A model generated the notes under the pieces. That model had not been told where the DNA came from. It saw only the letters and a list, made by a program, of their open reading frames with translations, and did no database searches. Shown piece after piece: positions 59,371 to 64,000 of a stretch of DNA of 64,000 nucleotides (positions are counted from its first letter, which is position 1; every line of letters begins with the position of its first letter). The position numbers were made by a program, and so were the translations under genes. The stretch is from Chloroflexota bacterium (lineage in GTDB: Bacteria > Chloroflexota > UBA11872 > VXOZ01). The stretch lies in NCBI GenBank assembly GCA_965221905.1, contig OZ244922.1, forward strand, positions 1,088,001 through 1,152,000, written 5' to 3'.

Positions 59371-59613
59371 GCTTGCAGAATTCACCGGCACGGTGGACGG
59401 ACGATTTGCACGCTGAAGTGTCACTACAGGAGGGAGTTGCATTCAAGACGCTCAGCAACCAGCCACGTACCTGCTTTTCAGAGCGGCGCTTGGAGTGTGC
59501 CGGCAAAGAGGCAGGGTCGTTTGAACTGGAGTTTGATCAGTTAGAGGTTGGCAAGACACGAGCTCTTCATCCGCGGACTTGCAGCAGAGAGACAGCACTC
59601 AAGGAGCATATTC

Positions 59614-61002
59614 ATGCGTAGAGAGCTAACACGACGGACATTTCTTGGCGGCAGTGCGGCAGCCGGTACCGGCCTGCTGCTTGCGGCCTGCGGGCAGATA
59701 GCAACTGCGCCCGCAGAGGGTGAAGCTCCGGCGGCTAAGGAAGAGGCCAAGCCGGCTGAGCAGCCCAAGCCTGCGGAGCAGAAGACGGTGCGCTACCTCC
59801 ATTACACCACCACGCAGGCGGTGTGGGATGAAAGCTTCGGCGGGCTTTTCGATACGTTCCGGGCGCAGAACCCCGACGTCAACCTTGAGGTGGACCCGGT
59901 TACCGGCGGTTTCAGCGTGCTTATCGAAAAGGCCGTGGCGTCGTTTGCCGGCGGCATCGTCTTCGATGTCTATTACGGCCACTTTTCCTACATCAGCCAG
60001 TTCGCGACGGCGGAGATGATTCAGTCGCTGGAGCCGTTCTTGTCGGCAGACCCCGAGGTCAGCAAGGACGACTACCACGTCTGGGCCACCGAGCGCATCA
60101 AGGGCCAGGTGTACAGTATTGCCTGGTTCACGAACGGCAAAGAGTATTGGTACAACGCCGATCTTTACGTCGAGGCCGGCCTCAAGACCCCCAAGGAGCA
60201 TGAAGCTGAGGGCACGTGGACCTGGGAGACGGCGCTGGAAGGCGCGAAGAAGCTGACGAAGGTAGAGGGCAAGAACGTCACGCAATGGGGCTTCTGGACG
60301 CCCTCCTATTCCTTCGGCTGGCACTGGATCCACCTGATGGCGTATGGCGCAAGTTGGTGGAACGAAGACTTTTCCGCCCCGGCCATGCTCACACAGGAGT
60401 TTGCCGAGGGCACGCAATTTGCCGCGGACTTGGTGACCAAGCACCGCGTCATGCGTAGTCGCAGCAACCCGAGTGAGGACGACGTGGCCGCTGACTATAC
60501 CACTGAACTCTTGGCGGCCCGCACTTGGGGTTCGTATGGCACCCGCACGATCCAAGAGAAGATCATGTCGCAGGACGACCCCTTCAAGGTGGAAATGGAA
60601 ATGCTGCCGAACGGCCCTGCCGGGCGACAGATCGTGCAGTCCATCAACGCGAATTGGATCTCCAGTTCGTCGGAGCATCCGGACAGCGCCTGGGACTTCT
60701 ACAAGTTCTGGCTGGGCCAGGAAGGCCAGAGCTTCATCGTGCCGCTGGGCGGCGGGCGCTACGTAGCGAACAAGAACTTCGAGGGCTTCACAGTCTACGA
60801 CTACGAAGACCCCGCAGTCTACGCGCACGCTGCCGAGATCAGCGTCGAGCAGCGACAGGTTGTGCAGCAGTCTGACGTCAACAATGCATGGGCCGAGAAC
60901 TGGGCAGCTTTGGAGCAAGGGACCAAGACGGTCCAGGAGGTCCAGGAAGAGATGCAGCAGGTTGCCGAGAACGCCCTCCGCGAGGGTGGCTGCCTCTGCT
61001 AG
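59614..61002 (+). CDS. Tat-lipoprotein SBP family 1 with C-terminal GGCLC
   Basis: TRRTFL...LLAAC, YN.DL..EAGL..P, WTWE and LP.GPAG motifs. AAGGAG RBS. Confidence 0.9.
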   Translation: MRRELTRRTFLGGSAAAGTGLLLAACGQIATAPAEGEAPAAKEEAKPAEQPKPAEQKTVRYLHYTTTQAVWDESFGGLFDTFRAQNPDVNLEVDPVTGGFSVLIEKAVASFAGGIVFDVYYGHFSYISQFATAEMIQSLEPFLSADPEVSKDDYHVWATERIKGQVYSIAWFTNGKEYWYNADLYVEAGLKTPKEHEAEGTWTWETALEGAKKLTKVEGKNVTQWGFWTPSYSFGWHWIHLMAYGASWWNEDFSAPAMLTQEFAEGTQFAADLVTKHRVMRSRSNPSEDDVAADYTTELLAARTWGSYGTRTIQEKIMSQDDPFKVEMEMLPNGPAGRQIVQSINANWISSSSEHPDSAWDFYKFWLGQEGQSFIVPLGGGRYVANKNFEGFTVYDYEDPAVYAHAAEISVEQRQVVQQSDVNNAWAENWAALEQGTKTVQEVQEEMQQVAENALREGGCLC

Positions 61003-61090
61003 CGTTCTTGCCTATCGTCATCACTCGCTGACCGGCGTTCGGCGGCCAGGAAGATTTCAGATAGGCGCGCAGATGGTTTAGGCGCATACC

Positions 61091-61118
61091 GTAGGGGCAC
61101 GACATGTCGTGCCCCTAC
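61091..61118. repeat. GTAG-type REP, perfect 28-bp palindrome
   Basis: gtaggggcacgacatgtcgtgcccctac, identical to 62804-62831. Confidence 0.85.
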
Positions 61119-61354
61119 GTTGTATCATGGACACGGTGAAAAAGCAGTACGCTGAGGAGTCACTAAGGGAGGGGGGTTTCAATAAGGAGGCTCAGCAGAT
61201 AAGGGCCCTCTCGTTTTTGTGGGCAGCAGTTGTAAGGTGAAGACAAGATTGCGAGAGGGTGTTGGTTGGTTTGCGATTTCAATTAGAGGTATAGCCTAAG
61301 GGTGTACCACCCGCGGGTTAGCTAAGAAGAGATAGCATTTTGAGGAGAAAAATC

Positions 61355-62749
61355 ATGCGCGCAGATATAACACGTCGCACTTTTTTGGGTGGCAGCGCGG
61401 CGGCCGGTACCGGCTTGCTGCTAGCGGCCTGCGGGCAGATAGCGCCTGCGCCCGCCGGCGATGCGCCTTCATCTAGTGACGCGCCTAAAGAAGAGAAAAC
61501 TACCGAGGCACCGGCACCTGCCGAGCAGAAGCTGGTCAAATATTTGCACGTCACTACGAATCAAGCGGTGTGGGAGGAGTCGTTCGGCGCGTTCTTCGAG
61601 GCCTTCGGAGAGCGGTATCCGGAATACGACCTGCAGGTCGACCCGACGGTCTGCTGCTTCTCGGAGACCATCGATAAGGCCTTAGCGTCGTTTGCCGGCG
61701 GCATTTCCTACGACGTCTACTACGGCCACTTTTCCTACATCAGCCAGTTCGCGACGGCGGAGATGATCCAGTCTCTGGAGCCGTTCTTGTCGGCAGACCC
61801 CGAGGTCAGCAAGGACGACTACCACGTCTGGGCTACGGAGCGCATCCAGGGCCAGGTGTACAGTATTGCTTGGGTCACCAACGGCAAAGAGTATTGGTAC
61901 AACGCCGATCTCTACGCCGAGGCGGGCCTCAAGACGCCCAAGGAGCATGAAGCCGAGGGCACGTGGACCTGGGAGACTGCTTTGGAAGGCGCGAAGAAGC
62001 TGACGAAGACAGAGGGCAAGAACATCACACAGTGGGGATTCTGGACGCCCTCCTACTCATTCGGCTGGCACTGGATCCACCTGATGGCGTATGGCGCAAC
62101 GTGGTGGAACGATGACTTTTCCGCGCCTGCCATGCTCACACAGGAGTTCGCCGAAGGCACGCAATTTGCCGCGGACTTGGTGACCAAGCACCGCGTCATG
62201 CGTAGTCGCAGCAACCCGAGTGAGGACGACGTGGCGGCCGACTTTAACACGCAACTGTTGGCGGCCCGCACCTGGGGTTCGTATGGCACGCGTACGATCC
62301 AAGAGCAGATCATGTCCCAGGATGAGCCGTTCACGGTGGAGATGGAAATGCTGCCGAATGGCCCTGCCGGTCGCCAGATCGTGCAGTCCATCAACGCGAA
62401 CTGGATTTCCAGCTCTTCTGAGAATCCTGACGGCGCCTGGGACTTCTACAAGTTCTGGCTGGGCCAGGAAGGCCAGAACTTCTTCGCGCCGCTGGGCGCC
62501 GGACGCTATGTATCGAACAAGAACTTCCAGGGCTTCACGGTCTACGACTACGAAGACCCCGCAGTATACGCGCGCTCTGCCGAGATTAGCGTGGAGCAGC
62601 GCCAGGTGGTGAAGCAGTCTGACGTCAACGCTGCGTGGTCCGAAAACTGGGAAGCCTTGGAGCAAGAGACCAAGACGGTCCAAGAGGTCCAGGAAGAGAT
62701 GCAGCAGGTTGCCGAGAACGCCCTCCGCGAGGGTGGCTGCCTCTGCTAA
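61355..62749 (+). CDS. Tat-lipoprotein SBP family 1, near-identical paralog of 59614-61002, C-terminal GGCLC
   Basis: Same signal and core sequence. GAGGAG RBS. Confidence 0.9.
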   Translation: MRADITRRTFLGGSAAAGTGLLLAACGQIAPAPAGDAPSSSDAPKEEKTTEAPAPAEQKLVKYLHVTTNQAVWEESFGAFFEAFGERYPEYDLQVDPTVCCFSETIDKALASFAGGISYDVYYGHFSYISQFATAEMIQSLEPFLSADPEVSKDDYHVWATERIQGQVYSIAWVTNGKEYWYNADLYAEAGLKTPKEHEAEGTWTWETALEGAKKLTKTEGKNITQWGFWTPSYSFGWHWIHLMAYGATWWNDDFSAPAMLTQEFAEGTQFAADLVTKHRVMRSRSNPSEDDVAADFNTQLLAARTWGSYGTRTIQEQIMSQDEPFTVEMEMLPNGPAGRQIVQSINANWISSSSENPDGAWDFYKFWLGQEGQNFFAPLGAGRYVSNKNFQGFTVYDYEDPAVYARSAEISVEQRQVVKQSDVNAAWSENWEALEQETKTVQEVQEEMQQVAENALREGGCLC

Positions 62750-62803
62750 CCTAAGACCTTGCCGGCTCCGGTCGGCGGCTAAGATGGTTGCAGAATAGCC
62801 AAT

Positions 62804-62831
62804 GTAGGGGCACGACATGTCGTGCCCCTAC
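62804..62831. repeat. GTAG-type REP, perfect 28-bp palindrome
   Basis: Identical to 61091-61118. Confidence 0.85.
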
Positions 62832-62912
62832 GCAGTAGTATGGACATTACACGAGAGCGGTGGCGGATTGAGCGGAAGCTTTCTTAGTTTGCATAAGTAG
62901 TGCAGAGGGAGG

Positions 62913-63737
62913 ATGACTGTGGCAACCGAAACGACGGTAGCGTTACGCGTGTTGGGCACGCATTGGTCAACGCCAAGTCTACACGATGCCGGTTGGGTTG
63001 AGGAGGCATTCGATCTCAACCCGGCAGAGACGGGCTTCGTAGCGCTGCATCTATGGAACATGGGCGACGTGAGTGGTCCCGCTGTGCCGGACGGCTATTT
63101 CGTGGACATGGGTACACTGGAGGGCCAAGGAGAGTCGGTACGGATTGCCGACAATTTCATACGCCCGGCCATTGCTGCGGCCCGCGCCGCAGGCATGCAG
63201 ATCTTCCACGTGGAACCGGGGAACATCGCCATGAAGTACGACTCGGTCAACTACATGTTGGAAGAAGAAGATTCGAACCCGCCGCCAGGCCCGGCTCGCC
63301 CACCGGAAGCCAATCCGGGTTGGAACTTGGAGCGGGCAGATCGCTCGCACGGCGCGGGCTACCGTGACTGGGAGGGCTGGCAGCAGATGCGCATCATTCA
63401 GTCGTGCGATGCCGAGCCCGGCGACCAGGTGATCCTCACCAGTGCGCAGTTTGATCGCATTTGCCGCAGCAAGGGCATCAAGAATCTCATCTACACGGGC
63501 TTTGCGACCAACATGTGCATCTTAGGCTCCGCCGGCGCTACGCAACCCATGCTTGGCTATGGCTACAGAGTCTTTCTCATCCGCGAGGCGACGCTGGCAG
63601 TGGAGTACCCGGATACCTTTCCCGAGCGGCTCATGACCCGCTCAGCGCTCAAGTATTTCCAGCAGGCAGTTGGCGATACGGTCGCGTACGATCAATTCAT
63701 CGAGGCGTGCCAAGCGGTCGCGGCAGCCCGTCGGTAG
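62913..63737 (+). CDS. Isochorismatase-family cysteine hydrolase-like protein
   Basis: ETGFVALHLWN, AAR.AGM.IFH, GI.NLIY.GFATNMCI and GYRV.LIREAT motifs. Confidence 0.75.
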   Translation: MTVATETTVALRVLGTHWSTPSLHDAGWVEEAFDLNPAETGFVALHLWNMGDVSGPAVPDGYFVDMGTLEGQGESVRIADNFIRPAIAAARAAGMQIFHVEPGNIAMKYDSVNYMLEEEDSNPPPGPARPPEANPGWNLERADRSHGAGYRDWEGWQQMRIIQSCDAEPGDQVILTSAQFDRICRSKGIKNLIYTGFATNMCILGSAGATQPMLGYGYRVFLIREATLAVEYPDTFPERLMTRSALKYFQQAVGDTVAYDQFIEACQAVAAARR

Positions 63738-64000
63738 ACTCTTGCCGCGGCGGGCCGCACTGACAGGCACGCTTGCGATAGTGGGATTCCTTGTGGGGGC
63801 GCTAACGGACTCACGCGAACCGCATACTAGGGTTTCAGCAGAACGCGGGAGCCGAAGCATAGTAAGACTTGACGCAGTCTGGCGCACAGTGGGCACGCTG
63901 CGCGCATCTCTCTCGGTGCTTGGTTGCTCCGGCCTTAAGCTTCGTACCGGGGCGATGACGACTGCGCCGAACGGTGCCCATGGCTTCGTCAGCCGTGCAA

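Noticed and set aside
63742-64000. Open plus-strand frame starting TTG (LPRRAALTGTLAIVGFLVGA...) running off the window
   Set aside because: Signal-like start but no RBS or recognisable domain, and it is truncated. It cannot be supported as a gene.

Overview
High-GC bacterial chromosomal segment. It is probably Chloroflexota, inferred from the ArgC NVTGYAG motif, Chloroflexi-type TGH..F..Y...GG...FGYP surface repeats, a PaREP1 gene and a long acidic RpoC insertion. Housekeeping genes: argC (partial), uppP, suhB-like IMPase, glycerate 2-kinase, pyk, rpiB-tal-pgi-zwf, proS, pdhABC-lpdA, dtd, rpoBC, secA and rpsO. Interspersed are nine Tat-lipoprotein family-1 solute-binding protein (SBP) genes with no permease or ATPase in the window. 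They comprise a five-copy tandem array (first copy pseudogenised), a near-identical pair ending in a C-terminal CxC, and two singletons. Intergenic DNA carries at least five families of REP-like palindromes. One family shows clear stem covariation, and several copies are tandemly amplified (23, 24, 21 and 95 bp units) or nested. Two candidate structured leader RNAs with strand-specific G-U pairing were found: one upstream of uppP and one with alternative folds upstream of rpsO. No CRISPR array, tRNA, rRNA, transposase or prophage was recognised. All calls are by eye, with no database searches.
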